Shown here one piece after another: positions 8,830 to 21,536 of a stretch of DNA of 64,000 bases; the stretch's first letter is position 1, and each line of letters begins with the position of its first letter. Both the position numbers and the translations under genes were made by a program. This DNA is from Hyaloraphidium curvatum SAG 235-1. Lineage: Eukaryota; Fungi; Monoblepharomycota. The stretch is taken from NCBI GenBank assembly GCA_025558095.1, contig JAIVFI010000017.1:1-64000 (forward strand), read 5' to 3'. Below the pieces are notes generated by a model that searched no databases, was not told the DNA's origin, and saw nothing but the letters and a program-made list of their open reading frames with translations.

Positions 8830-11800
8830 TCAGCCCTTGCCGCGCCCGCGACCCCTCGGCTTCCCTCCCCTGCCCCTCGACGACGGCGGCGCAAAGGTGC
8901 CCGGCACGGTCGACATGGTCAGGGGGTCCTGGTCGTCCGAAAAGTCGGGCGCCTTGGCGGTCTTGCGCTGCGAGATGTTCATCTGCGGCTGCATGGCCAT
9001 CTCGTCGGGCGAGCCCCTGCGCATCCGCTTGGCCGGCGGCGCCTTGGCCGAGGCTTCCGATCCGTCCGATGCGGCGGGGTCGTCCGACTCGGTCTCGGCG
9101 TCGTCCACGGGCTTGGGCGGCGCGGCCGCGGTGCGCTTGCCCCTCGGCGGGGCGGGCGCCTCGTCGGCCTCCGATCCCGGGCGGCCGGCGTCGTCGGAGG
9201 CGCGGCGGGTGCGCGAGGCGGAGCGGGAGGCAGCGCGCGAGGGCACCGTGAGCGAGCCCGACATGAGCCTCGTCCTCCGCACGGGCACCTCCTCCTCTTC
9301 CTCCTCTTCATCTTCCTCGGATTCCGCCTCCTCCTCGCCGTCGGCTTCCGATCCGTCCTCCTCCGCCGACTCGCGGGCCGGGGATGCCGACGGCGAGGCC
9401 GCCTTACGCGTGCTCCGCCGGCCCCGCGTCGGCCGCTCCTCTTCCTCCTCGTCCTCCATCTCGGCGTCGGCATCGGGATCCTCGTCAGCGTCGTCGTGCT
9501 CCTCTGCATCCTCTCCGGCGGTGCTCCCAGCCTCCTCTTCGGCATCGCTGCCGGCACCGACGTGCCCGCCGCGCCCGCCCCGCCCGCGCCCGCGCCCGCG
9601 GCCCCTTCCCCTGCGGCCGCCGCGCCCGCGCCCGCGCGTTGCGGGGGTGGCTTCGGTCACGGTGACCGCCGGTGCGACGCCAGAGAGGGCGGCTCCGCGC
9701 GCCGCTCCGCGCTTGACGTGGTTGGCCCAGCGGCCCCGGCCCCGGCCCCGCGTCGGGGCGGCTTCGGCAGGCTCGGCGGCCTCTTCCTCGCCGCCCGTGC
9801 TCGCCGCATCGGCCGCACTTGCCGACTCCTCGTCCGCCTGCAAGGCAAGCTATCGTCAGTGGTCATCCAGGCTGGGCAGGCGATCGTCCGACGTACCTGT
9901 TCGGATTCGGACTCGACCTTGGCTTTGCGCCCGCCCCTCTTGCGCTTGGCAGGTACCACCGGTGCGGCTTCCTCCACAGACGACTCCGCCTCCGCGCCGG
10001 AAGCAGGCTCCTCCGCCTCCGACGCCGGTGCTTCGGCCTCCTCGCCGCTGGCTTCCTCCTCCGAGGCCGTCGCGCCGGCCGACGCCCCGCCCCGCCCGCG
10101 TCCGCGTCCCCGGCCCCGGCCCCTGCCGCCGCGCCCGCGCCCGCGGCCCCTGCCGCGCCCGGCGGCCGGCTTCTCGGTCTCGCTCTCTTCGACCTCGTCC
10201 GTTTCGTCCGACGCAGCGGCTTCCTCTTGCTCCTCGGCCTCGGCGGCTTCGGCTTCCTCGCCGGACGCCTCTTCCTCAGCCGTGTCGTGCTCCTCCTCCT
10301 CCTCATCCTCCTCCTCGGCGTGCGTGGCGCCTGCAGAAGCCCCGCCCCGGCCGCGCCCCCCGCGCCCGCGACCACCGCGTCCCCGACCGCCGCGCCCGCG
10401 TCCACGTCCTCGTGCACGCCCGCCGCGACCCCTCCCGCGACCGCTTTCAGAGACGGCCGACGTGGGCTCCTCCTCCTCGCCGGCGCTCTCGCTCGGCGGC
10501 ACGGGCGACAGCGGGGAAGACGAAGCGGGGGGGGCGCGCTCGCGCGGCGGGGGCGTGGCAGGCTCCTCCTCCTCCGAAGGCGACGAGCGGTCCGCTGCGG
10601 AGGCGGCGGCCCCCCTCCCGCGCCCGCGCCCGCGGCCCCTGCCCCTCCCGCGTCCCCTCCCGCGCGTCGGGGCGGCGTGCTCCTCCTCCTCTTCCTCGCC
10701 GCTCGCACCCTGCTCGTCGCCCGACGCACCGGGACCCGCGGAAGGCGATCCCTCGTCGCCGCTGCCGCTCGCGGGACCGTCGCTGGGAGGCGAGCGCGTG
10801 GAGATGGGCGCCACGCCCCCCCTGCCGCCCCTCCCGCGGCCCCGCCCGCGACCCCGCGCACGGCCGCGGCCCGAGGTCGGCGATGCGGGCTTGTCGCTCT
10901 CGTCCGCGCTGCCGTCGGCCGCGGCCGGCGACGACGCTGAGGCCGTCGACGCCGCGTCCTCCTTGGGCGGCCTGTCCGGTTCGTCCACGTCCATGGCGTC
11001 GGTGTCGCCTTCCTCCTCGGCCGGCGCGGCGGGGGCGGCGGGGGCGGTCGGGGGGGCGGCACGGGGAACCTCGATCGCAGCGGGCTTGTCCTTGGCGCGG
11101 CCGGGCGACGCACGGGGCGGGCTGGCGGCGGGCGATCGGACGCCCCGCGCGGGCTGGCGGCGGGGCTGCTCCTCCTCCTCCGCTTCCGACTCGTCCGCCT
11201 TGGCAGCCGGCGACCCGGGTGCGGAATCCGGCTCCTGCGATTCCGCAGCCTCGACGGCGGGGTCAGGGGCACCTGCCGGAGCGGGCGAGGTTGCCGCCTG
11301 CCTCACGGGCGACGTGGCGGTCGCAGGCTGCGACGGCGAGGCGCTCGTCGAGCCCGCGGGCCCCTTGCCCTTGTCCCTCGCCGGCGTCCTCGGCGCCTGG
11401 CCCTCCCCGCCGCCCTGCTGCGCCGCCGCCGCCGCCGCCGCCGCCGCCTCTGCCTCCCTCCCCTCCGCCGCCGCCCTCCTCGCCGCCGCCTCCTGCCGCC
11501 TCGCGGCCGCCAGGTCCGCGAGCACCTTCTGCACCGCGTCCGGCGTCGGATCCGGCCCCAGGTTCTCGAGCAGCTGCGCCAGCGCGGGGTTGGTCTGCCG
11601 CACCATGCTCTGCCCCTGCGGCGTCGCGAGGGTGCGGATGAGCAGGGCCATCTGCTCCGCGGCCTGCTGCCCTTGCGGCGCCTCCCTTGCGGGGGTCGTC
11701 GCCGCCGAGTTCCCCGCCGTCGCCTGGCCCGCGGGCGGCTCGGGTTGCGCCGCCGCTTCCCCCGGCCCCTCGCCCGCGCTCTCGGGCGTCCCCGCAACCC

Positions 11801-13996
11801 CCGCAGCGTCCTCCATCTCCTCGTCCTCCCCCTGCCCCTCCGTCGTCCCCTCCGTGTCCGCCCGCGCCGCCGCCTCGCGGAGCAGCTCCTCCCCCCTCCT
11901 CCGTTCCCCCTCCTCCTCCTCCCTCCGCTTCCTCTCCTCCTCCAACGCCCTCCTCCTTTCCTCCCTCTCCTCCTCCTCCTCCTTCCTCCTCCTCTCCTCC
12001 TCCGCGCGCCGCTCGGCCTCCCACCGCGCCCTGCGCACCTCGAGCTCCCTCGCCGCCTCGCGGGCGCGCTCCTCGGCCCCCGACGAAAACAGCGCCACCG
12101 CCTCCTCGGCCTCGCGCGCGAGATCGGGCTCCGGCTCGGTCTCGAGCATGCGGATGTAGCTCTCCCGCGGAACCACCACGACCTCCGGGGGCGGGCGCGG
12201 GCGCGGCCTGTCCGCCTGCTGCGCGGGTGGTTGGGGCGCCGGGTCCGCGGCGGGGGGCTCGGCCTCGCGCTCCTTCCCCTTGCCGCCGTCCTTGCGCGCC
12301 GCCGCCGCCGCCGCCGCCGGCCGCGCCCGGGGGCGGGGCTCCTCCTCGCTCTCCCCCGACTCGTCGGTGCCGCTTTCGTCGCCGTACGCCGGGATCGGGG
12401 CCCACCCGAAGGAGCGCTTCTTGGCCTTGCGCTGCGGCGGGGGCGCCGGTTGCGGTGCGGGTGCGTTGGCCGGGCCGGATGGGGAGCCGCCGGCGGGGGT
12501 GGGTGCGGCGCCGGTGGGCAGCTGCGGGGCGGGGTTCGCCGGCCCGGCGGCGGAGGTCGGCGTCTGCTGACCCCCCTCCGCCGCAACGTTGCCGCCCTCC
12601 CCGCCCTCGACGTCCCTGTTCACCTCCACCTGCTCCCCGCCTCCGTTCCCGCCGTTGCGCCCCACCATCCCCTCCAGCCCCCCCACCAAATTCGCCAGCA
12701 GCCCCTGCACGCTCTTGGCGTCCAGGTTGTCCCGGAAGCCCAGCGCCAGGAGGTGCGGCGGCAGGAGGTCGCGCCCCGTGGGGCCGGGCCCGAGCATGCC
12801 GAAGCCGCGCATGAGGCACGGGGTGCAGTACCACTTGCCGCGGGGGGGGACGAGCAGGCCGACGCAGTCGTAGTGGAACCATTCGATCTCGCACTGCGCG
12901 GGGCGAGCGGGGCGGGCACGGGGCGAAGGAAGGGGGGGGCGGGGGGGGCAGGTTAGCAGCCAGGGGGGGGGCGGAACGGGCCGGCGCCGCACCTCCTCGT
13001 TGTCGCACGCCACCATCTCGCCGTAGCTCTCCCGCCCGCACAGGCAGTACAGCGTCCTCGTGTCCTCGTCCTGCTCCTCCTCGCCGCGCTTCTTGCGCGG
13101 GGTGCCGCCGGCGCCGGCCGCCGCCGAGGAGGGCGCGTTGGCGGGGTCGTCGAAGAACGCGGGGTCGGCGCGGCGCACGTGCAGGTCGAGGGCGGCGACG
13201 TGCGCGGTGATCTGGGGCGGAGACGAGGGAGGTGAGCACGGGGAAGGTCGGGGGCGGTGCCGGTCGGCCCACCCTCCGGAACATCTCGTCCGCGCCGCCA
13301 ATCATGCCGTCCACCTCGCCGACGCTCTTGAGAAAGTCCAAGCCGTGCTGGTACATCTTGCGCGTCGTGTCCACGGCCTCGTCGACCGACGTGCCGACGG
13401 GGATCAGCCTGACCTCGGCCGGGCTGCTCGGCAGCGGCGGCGGGCGGTTGGGGTCCGACGGCCTGCGCCGGCGCTGCTTGGGCTGCGGCGCGGGGGTCTC
13501 GGGGGGCGGCGGCTCGGCGGGATCGGCGGGGGCGGCGGCGGGCGGGTCGCGCAGGAAGATGGCGTTGAGGTGGCGCTGCTGCGCCTGGATGACGGCGCGG
13601 TGGTTCTGGAACTGCGCGTCGTCGCGGCGCAGCTCGCGCATCTTGTGGGCGACGTACGACGGCAGGCCGCGGAGCGCTGCACGGCGGGGGAGGGTGGACC
13701 AGTTAAGCAGTTAAGTGAGAGTGATAGGGGGGTTAGGGGGGGCCGGAGGGGGCAGGCCGGGGCAGGGTCCGGGAGTCGAGGCGAGCGGTTAGAGGCGTCC
13801 TCGCGGCGGCCCGGGTGCACCCACACTCGAGGAACCGCTCGACGATCTCCTCTGGCTCGACGCCCTCGCCGTTCTCGCCGCGGCGGCCCAGGCCGAGGCC
13901 GGCGGCGTTTGCGGCGACGGCGGCGCCCATCGACGGCGCGGGCACCGGCACGAGGTGCTCCTCGCCGCCGCCGCGGCGCGGCCGCAGGCCCTGCAT
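8830..13996 (-). CDS. ING-family PHD-finger chromatin reader with a very long acidic/RG-repeat C-terminal extension; about 4 introns
   Basis: Spliced ING N-terminus [74 protein letters not shown]. An intron at about 9840-9896 joins the last exon. Confidence 0.85.
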
Positions 13997-15017
13997 GGCC
14001 GGCGGGGGGCTAACTGCCCGCTAGCTGTTTAGGCCGCGTCCGCGGTCGCCAGTACTGTCGCTGGTTAGGCCGGGGCCGGCGGCCGTACCGCGCCCCGCCA
14101 ACCGGTTAACTCGCTGCCGAACCCGCAGATACGGGCTAGGCGGCCCGGCGGCCCGCGGGTCCGGCCGGCGCGCCCGAGCCGCGCGTAACTCGCCGCGTCC
14201 GCGGGGGGCGGAGGCGACTGAGCGGGGGCGGCGGCGCGGGGGCCGGGCGCCAGAAAACCGTGCTGGCAGCGGCCGCGGGCGCGCGAACAACACCCCCGCT
14301 CGGGAGCCCCAAACCGCGGGCGGCCGGCTAAAATCGCCCAGAAAATCTCCATTCCCACGATGGCAACACGTCCCCGGCTCTTTCGCGCCCTGTTGCGGGG
14401 GTGCCGCGGCACGTGATCGGACGCCGCCGGGTCCGCCGTCCCGCTCCCTGCACCGGTACCGCGGCCGCAGATCACCACCCGGAATGCGGTCCGGCGGGCA
14501 GGTTGATGGGGGTCGCCGACGGTTCTCGCCGAGGCGGTGCCGGAAGGCGCCGGGGGATCGGGGGTTCGGGGACCCCTGTTGGCCCGCCCCACCCGCTTGC
14601 TTTCGCGGCAAAGTGAGGCGGCCGCCTCCCACCCCGCGCCCACCACACCAAACCCCCCGCTGCCGAGCGTTCCGAGATACAAATACATCTGTCCCTCTCG
14701 CGGACTCGGCGTTCGGAGCGCGGCAGCTCGGACGCTCCTGCGCACGCACGGAACCGTCCCGATCCCCGGCCCCGCTCCCCCGCATTGAGCCCGGATCGGA
14801 CCGGGCCCTCGACCTGCCCCTTTCCTTCGCCGTACTCAGTCCCTCCATGGGGGTCTGGAGGGCCGTGGGCGTGACTAGCCTGTCAGCGCAACGCCTCCGA
14901 CCGCAACCGGCTGTTTGGTTGTTGCTGACCCGCGTCTTCCTCTTCTCCACCGCCCTTCTCCGTCGTCCCTCCTTCTCCCCGCCGCCGCACGGCAGTCTCC
15001 CCGCTCGCGTTGCTGAG

Positions 15018-16850
15018 ATGCCGCCCCACCGCCGCCTCAAACCGCAGCCGCTCCTCGACGAGCCCGCGCTGCTGGACTTCCTCTCGGCGCGCAGCATCCC
15101 CCCGCTGCACGCCCGCCGGCTGTGGCAGCGCGTGTGCCAAACAACCGTCGGCGACGACATTTCCTCCATCCCCGACATCCCCAGATCCCTGCTGGACGCC
15201 GTCGGCCCCAGCGCTTCCGACGCCGACCCCCCGCCCGAGTTCGACCCGCACGAGTTCCGCGTGCTCACCTCCACCCTGGTCTCGGCAACGCCGGCGTCGG
15301 ACGGGTCCACGACGAAGCTGCTGATCCGGCTGCAGGACGGCCACCTGGTCGAGGCCGTGGTGATCCGCTACGGGCAGGTCGACATCCGGAGCTACCCCGA
15401 GGAGCTGCGGGACGCGGAACGCCGGCGCGCGGCGGAGAAGCGGGAGACGCTGGAAAGGGAGCAGCTGGCACGTCGGGCGGCCGCAAACGGGACCGCCCCG
15501 CCCCGCAGGCGGCGCGACTCGGCCTCCTCGAGCCTGTCCGCCGCCTCGCGCGCCACCTCCTCCGCCACCCGCTCCACCAACCCCGCCCCGCTGGACTTCC
15601 CCTCCGCCCCCCGCACGCACGTCTCCAAGCCCCGCCTCACGCTCTGCGTCTCCTCCCAGATAGGCTGCAGGATGGGCTGCACCTTCTGCGCCACGGGCAC
15701 CATGGACCTGCTCGGTTCCATGACCGCGGGCGAGATCCTCGAGCAGATCGTGCACGCGCAGCGCCTGGAGAACGCGAGGATCCGGAACGTGGTGTTCATG
15801 GGTATGGGCGAGCCGCTCGACAACTACGACGCCGTGCGGACGGCCGTCGGGGCGATGCTGGACCCGGGCCGGTTCGGGATGCAGGGCCGGAGGGTGACCA
15901 TATCCACCGTCGGCGTCGTCCCGCGGCTGGTGGCCATGAAATCCGACCCGCACATGTCCAAGTGCTCCCTCGCGCTGTCGCTCCACGGCGGCGACCAGGA
16001 GACGCGGCTGCGGATCATACCCACCGCCAAGGCCTGGGACATCCGGCGGATCGTCGACGCCTCCTCCGCATTCGTCGAGGCGCAGAACCACCTCGAAAGG
16101 GTGCCGGACCCTGCCTCGCCGCGGGGGTGGCGCGCCGAGCGGACCGCCAAAACCCCGCAGGACACCTCGTTCCGGCACCTGCTTGTGGAGTACATCCTCA
16201 TCCGGGACGTCAACTCGTCCCCCTGCCACGCCGCCGTGCTCGCGGACCTGCTCGGCTCGCTGCCGCTGGCGCACCTGACGGTGTTCACGAACCTGATCCC
16301 GTACAACCCCGTGCAGTCGATAACGGCGCGGCTGGGGTACCGACCCCCCCCGTTCGCGGAGATCAACGCGTTCGCGGCGGTGCTGAAGGAGAGGGGGCTC
16401 AAGGTGCTGGTGCGGCAGGAGATGGGGAGCGACGTGGGGAGCGCGTGCGGGCAGCTCGTCGTCGAGGGCGCCGGGAAGCGGGGCAGCGGGGAGCACGCGG
16501 CCGTGGCGGACATCGAGGAGCTCGGGAACGGGCGCGGCGCGGGGCTGAGGAACCGCAAGGGGGGGGCGGTGGTCAGGCGGAATGAGCCCGCGGCCCCGGC
16601 CTCGGGACGCGGCGCGGACGGCGAGGAGCAGGACGGCGCGGACGAGGAGATATCTTTGCTTCCGCCCGAGGCGCGGCTGGACGACGGGTTCGCCCCCGTC
16701 AAGGCATCGCACGCGACGGTGCGGTTCGATGTGAGGGGACAGGCGTATTCGGCGGCGCTGATGGTGATGCTGGTGCTGGTTGCGCTCAAGATCGCGGTCA
16801 GGTTGGCGGGGCTGGTGGCTGCGGGGCCGGGGAAGGCCGAGGGGCGGTGA
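15018..16850 (+). CDS. rlmN: RlmN-like radical-SAM RNA methyltransferase with a C-terminal TM helix
   Basis: TLCVSSQIGCRMGCTFCATG (CxxxCxxC), VFMGMGEPL, ISTVG, LALSLH, EYILI, NLIPYNP, ACGQL. Confidence 0.92.
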   Translation: MPPHRRLKPQPLLDEPALLDFLSARSIPPLHARRLWQRVCQTTVGDDISSIPDIPRSLLDAVGPSASDADPPPEFDPHEFRVLTSTLVSATPASDGSTTKLLIRLQDGHLVEAVVIRYGQVDIRSYPEELRDAERRRAAEKRETLEREQLARRAAANGTAPPRRRRDSASSSLSAASRATSSATRSTNPAPLDFPSAPRTHVSKPRLTLCVSSQIGCRMGCTFCATGTMDLLGSMTAGEILEQIVHAQRLENARIRNVVFMGMGEPLDNYDAVRTAVGAMLDPGRFGMQGRRVTISTVGVVPRLVAMKSDPHMSKCSLALSLHGGDQETRLRIIPTAKAWDIRRIVDASSAFVEAQNHLERVPDPASPRGWRAERTAKTPQDTSFRHLLVEYILIRDVNSSPCHAAVLADLLGSLPLAHLTVFTNLIPYNPVQSITARLGYRPPPFAEINAFAAVLKERGLKVLVRQEMGSDVGSACGQLVVEGAGKRGSGEHAAVADIEELGNGRGAGLRNRKGGAVVRRNEPAAPASGRGADGEEQDGADEEISLLPPEARLDDGFAPVKASHATVRFDVRGQAYSAALMVMLVLVALKIAVRLAGLVAAGPGKAEGR

Positions 16851-16941
16851 GGCCCCGGCGGGGACGGGCGATGCGGGCAGGCGATCCCAAGAGACGCGCG
16901 TGTTGACCGGCTTGCGCAACAAAAGCACTCTCCTACGCCCA

Positions 16942-17833
16942 TCAGTTGGGCGCGCCCGTCTTAATGACCTCGATCCAGTACCCGTCCGGGTCGGCGATGA
17001 ACGCGATGGTCTTCATCCTCCCGTCCGACGGCTTCTTGATGAACCTGACCCCGAGCTCCTCGAATCGCGCGCAGGCCTCCTCGAGGTCGTCGACGAGGAT
17101 GCAGATGTGCCCGAAGCCGCGGGGGTCGGTGTTGCCGGTGTGGTAGCCGGCAAAGTTGGGGTCGGATTCGGTGCCCCAGTTGCTGCGGGCGAGGAGGGAG
17201 GGAGCGGAAACCGGGGCGGAGGCAAGTGAGGCGAGTGGAGAAGCAGGTTTGGGGGCGGAGGAGACGGGGAGGCAAAGGAGTTGAGGGGCGTTTCGGGAGC
17301 GGGCCACGGCGCGGCGTACTGCGTGAGCTCGAGGATGCCCGAGTTGCTGAACGCGTAGGTGCGCTTCTCGGCGTCGCTCTCGCCGATGGGACCGTCAGGC
17401 TGAGTGCCCGAAAGTCAGCAGATAGCACGCAATGAGCGGAGGGAGAGGCCCACGAAGCCAAGGACTGGGGAGACGCCGACGGCGGCGTCAGATACGCGAG
17501 AGACGAGAGCGGGCACACGCGGGCTCACAGTAGAGGGTGAACTTGGCCTCCTCAAAGTCCATCTTGGTCAGCAGCCTGGACGGGACGGGGTGAGCACCAC
17601 AACGGGAGGGCGACGCGTCGGACCCACGTCATCCCCACGACCTTCTGGTAAAAGTCCAGGGTGACCTTGGGATCCTTGATCCGGATCATCGTGTGGTTGA
17701 ACTTGTACTCTGCAGGGTCCGCGGCGCGTTCGGGGGGGGCGTGGGAGGCGGTTTGCGGTTGGGCGGCAGCGGGGACGCGCAGCGCGGCAGACGCACTGCT
17801 GGGGTCCGTCTTGTGCGACGTCGCGGTGGCCAT
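16942..17833 (-). CDS. GLO1: Lactoylglutathione lyase (glyoxalase I), multi-exon
   Basis: [64 protein letters not shown]. Confidence 0.95.
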
Positions 17834-18582
17834 GGTCGGTAGAAGGTGTCGCTCGCGCGCGATGGACGGTTTGCAGGGTTTGTGTGGAGGCGGGAGCTCG
17901 GGCGTAGGGAGGAGTGGGGAGGGCGCTGCAAGACAGACGACGCTACATGAAAAAGAAAGATTATGGAGCCAGGCAGAAAGATGCTGAACCACAGTGAGAC
18001 ACACATTCGATCGCATGATTGTTCTTGCTGCGTGGCAGCTGTGGAGTTCCGAGTCTCTCGCGTGCTGCTTTCGTCCGATCGGGAGCGCGACCAATGGATT
18101 GGGCGCGGGAGCGAGAGGCGATGTTCATCCAGCCCATAGATGGCTCCCGATGGTTTTTCGGCCTTGGCTTGAGCCACAGCAGGGATTTCGTCGGGCGGGG
18201 GATGCCTTGTGGCGAACGGGAGCCGGTCCGCAAGATCATCCGCCGCCCCGGCGTTCGTTCCTCCCACATCGCATCTCGGCGCGCCCGCCCGCCGACGACC
18301 GGTGTCACACCTTCGGCTCGTATTGCAGCCTCTCCCACGTCAGTGTGCCGCCCTGAAGCGCCGGCGTGGTGTGCGGCGAGCCCGGCCTCACGACGCGTTT
18401 CCACCTTTTCCCGCCACCCCATCCTCTGCCCGCGCCTGTTTGCCTCCAACAGACTCCTTTCCAAAGTGTGAGTGTTATTCGCTGGCGGCCTACACTGTCC
18501 TCTGACCTCCTGACCCCGTCCGCTCGCCGTCTCCCTCTGCCTCCCGCGGTTCCCGCCCGGCACTTAGGAACCCGGCGCCACC

Positions 18583-20487
18583 ATGTCTCTCCTTCTCGAC
18601 CCCAAGACCAAGCTCAACCCGGGTACGTTGCCGGACGCCGTGTCGCACTTCGCTCCCGGCACTCGTGGCCTGACGAGCACCCCGGCCGCCCGCCGATTCC
18701 TCTTCACCGGCGCCACCTTCGTTCGCGACCCGCAGCGGGCACGCCCGACCTGTTCACCATCCCGAAGGAGATTTCGGACTACCTCGTTGGTTGAGCACGA
18801 GCCGGAGCGGTTTGGGGCGAGCTGACGCGATTCGATCCGCCTTCGCAGGTCGAGCTCGACAAGTTTATCGACGAGAAGGTGCGAGTCCCGCCGTCTTCCT
18901 TTTGCGCTTTCGCTAACGGCTGCTCGCCCGCCAGATCACTCCCCTCCAGATGAAGGACGACAACAACCGGTTCTTTGACCACCGCAGGGAGTGGGCCCGT
19001 GGGTAGACTTTGTCGGCGTTCAGGCACCGGTCCCCTCACACGCCGCGTTCTAGGTACCGACTTTGAGCACGGCGGTCTGCCGCGCAAGGAGTGGGAGGAG
19101 CTACTCGGTCAGATGAACAAGATGTGGGTCTTACCTGCGCCGGCTCGGGCGAGGCCAGCGACTGACACCACGCAATCAGCGCCAACGAGTCCGGCCACCT
19201 CCGCTTCGCCCTCCCCCCCGAGTTCGGAGGCCGCAACGGCTCCAACCTCGCCATGGCCGTCATCCGCTGGCACCTTGCCCGCAAGGGCCTGGGCCTGTTC
19301 AACGACCTCCAGAACGAGGCCTCGATCGTCGGCAACCTCGTGTTCCCGCTCATGTTCCGCGACTTTGCGACGCCCAAGCAGATGGAGGAGTACATGCCCG
19401 GCATCATGGACGGGAGGGTCAAGATCATGGTGGGCTGCGTCGGCGCCGGGCACGGGGCGCGCTCTTGCTGACTTTGGGTTCCCTCCAGTTCGGCCTGACT
19501 GAGCCCAAGCACGGCTCGGACGCCACCTACATGGAGACCAAGGCCGTCCGCGACCCCAAGAGGGGCGGCTGGCTCATCAACGGCTCCAAGATGTGGAACA
19601 CCGGCATGCAGTACGTCCCAAACGTGATATCGTCCAGTCGACCATCTGACATTGCCCGTCCTTCCCAGCGTCGCCACCCACGACTTCATCTTTGCCCGCA
19701 CCAGCGGCAAGGACGGCAACGCCCGCGGCATCTCGTGCTTCATCGTCCCCGTCAACGCGCCCGGCTTCAAGATCGAGGAGTACCTCTGGACCTTCAACAT
19801 GCCGACGGACCACGCCCTCGTCACGCTCAAGGACGTCTGGGTCCCCGACGAGGCCCTGTTCGGCGAGCCCGAAAACGGCCTCCTGATCGCCTCGCACTTC
19901 GTGCACGAGAACCGCATCCGCCAGGCCGCCTCGTCGTGCGGCGCGGCAGAGTACTGTATCGCCGAGAGCGTCAAGTACGCCAAGGAGCGCAAGCCGTTCG
20001 GCAAGCCCCTGGCCGCCAACCAGGCCATCCAGTGGCCCCTGATCGAGCTCCACACCGAGGCGACCATGCTCAGGGGGCTCATCTTCAAGACGGCCGCCGA
20101 GATGGACAAGATGCCCAAGCCGGACCACGCGCTGTACCTGTCGGACAAGATCGGTGGGTGGCCGCGCTGTTTGCTTCGTGGATTAGTCGCTGACGGACAT
20201 CCGCAGCCATGTGCAACTACAGGGCGAACCGCCTCTGCTGCGACGCCGCCGACCGCGCCATGCAGATCCACGGCGGCATCGGCTACTCGCGCCACAAGCC
20301 CTTCGAGCACATCTTCCGCCACCACCGCCGCTACCGCATCACCGAGGGCTCCGAGGAGATCCAGATGCGCCGCGTGGGGCAGGTGCTGTTCGGCATCGAG
20401 GGCTTCTCGTCCAAGGGCGCGATCGAGCTGCAGGGCAAGGCGTCGCAGGACGGCCTGTACCGCCACCGGCCGGAGTACAAGCTTTGA
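18583..20487 (+). CDS. Acyl-CoA dehydrogenase, many short exons
   Basis: FGLTEPKHGSDA, WLINGSKMWNT, RKPFGKPLAANQAIQWPL, AMQIHGGIGYS, RYRITEGSEEIQ. Confidence 0.93.
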
Positions 20488-21536
20488 AGTGTAAAGGAAA
20501 TTTTTCCATCAAATTTGGACCAAAACTCGACTGGCACAGTCTGACACTCGCATACTCGTACACTGCGCAGAAGCGGCTCGGCTCCTGCGGTAGTGCTCGG
20601 GCGTCCCCGTCTGTGCTCTGGCGTCCCCGGTCTGGCTTGGCAGAGAGGGATCGTCGACCGCGTGGGGGGGGACCTCGGTCGGGCCGACACGTCCTATGGG
20701 TATTGGAAGACACAGTCAGCAAGCTAGCAAGCTCGTCGCGAACTCCGCGGATCCGCAGTCGGCGACAAGGATGGAGAGCGGGGTGTCCCGGACGCAAGGT
20801 CGGAATCGCGCACTCGGAGCCAGTTCTCATCATCCAGAAGAAGTGCACTCGACTACACGACGAAAGCACGCTATGTACATGTAAAGACGCGGTTTATCGC
20901 GATTTTCTGCTGGCGGTCCGAGTCCATTTGTGGTCCACCGACCGCCCCCCCCCCCCCACTTCCCCCGGAGATGGATGACCGTTGAATGCGACGCGGATCA
21001 CGACGAAGAGGCTTCGAATGAATCTATTCGCGACACATCTCCTTGAGGTCAAACAGGTTTGGTGCCTCCCCAACTGCAAGTGAGTGCCTTCTCCACTTTC
21101 TCTGTCCAACTGACGCCGTTCTAGTTGAAGCCCACCTTCGCTTTACTCACCCTCGTCCTCGAGATGGGATCCATCAGTCGCTTTGCCGCCAAGTGGATAG
21201 CTATCGCCGACGCCGTGGCCTTGAACCCGCAGCAGAGAGAGCGCGACTCCGACAAGGTGACCGTGATCCACTGGTATATGACGTGACGTGATGCATGAGG
21301 GTTGGGGGGCGCTCAGCGCCTGTGATAGAATCTGAACCACTGGTCCAACTTTGCCGTGGCTGCCAAGCCGTGCGGTTGCCCTTCCCCTGGCCCACAGAAG
21401 CGGAGCCCGGAGAAGCCCACCGTCAGAGAGCGCCATCCTGCTAGTCACTCGGCAACCGATCCAGTCTTCATCCTTCACAAAGAAAGCGCAATTCACAAAA
21501 CAATGTGTTGCTCCGCAGAGGCATACTGTACGAGCT

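Noticed and set aside
8771-12159. Very long plus-strand ORFs (956 and 887 aa), and similar antisense or alternate-frame ORFs throughout the window
   Set aside because: Shadows of GC-rich genes on the other strand; Arg/Pro/Ser-rich with no motifs.
15018-16850. cfr antibiotic-resistance methyltransferase
   Set aside because: The motif is MGMGEP (RlmN type) rather than Cfr MGMGEA, and there is no mobile context.
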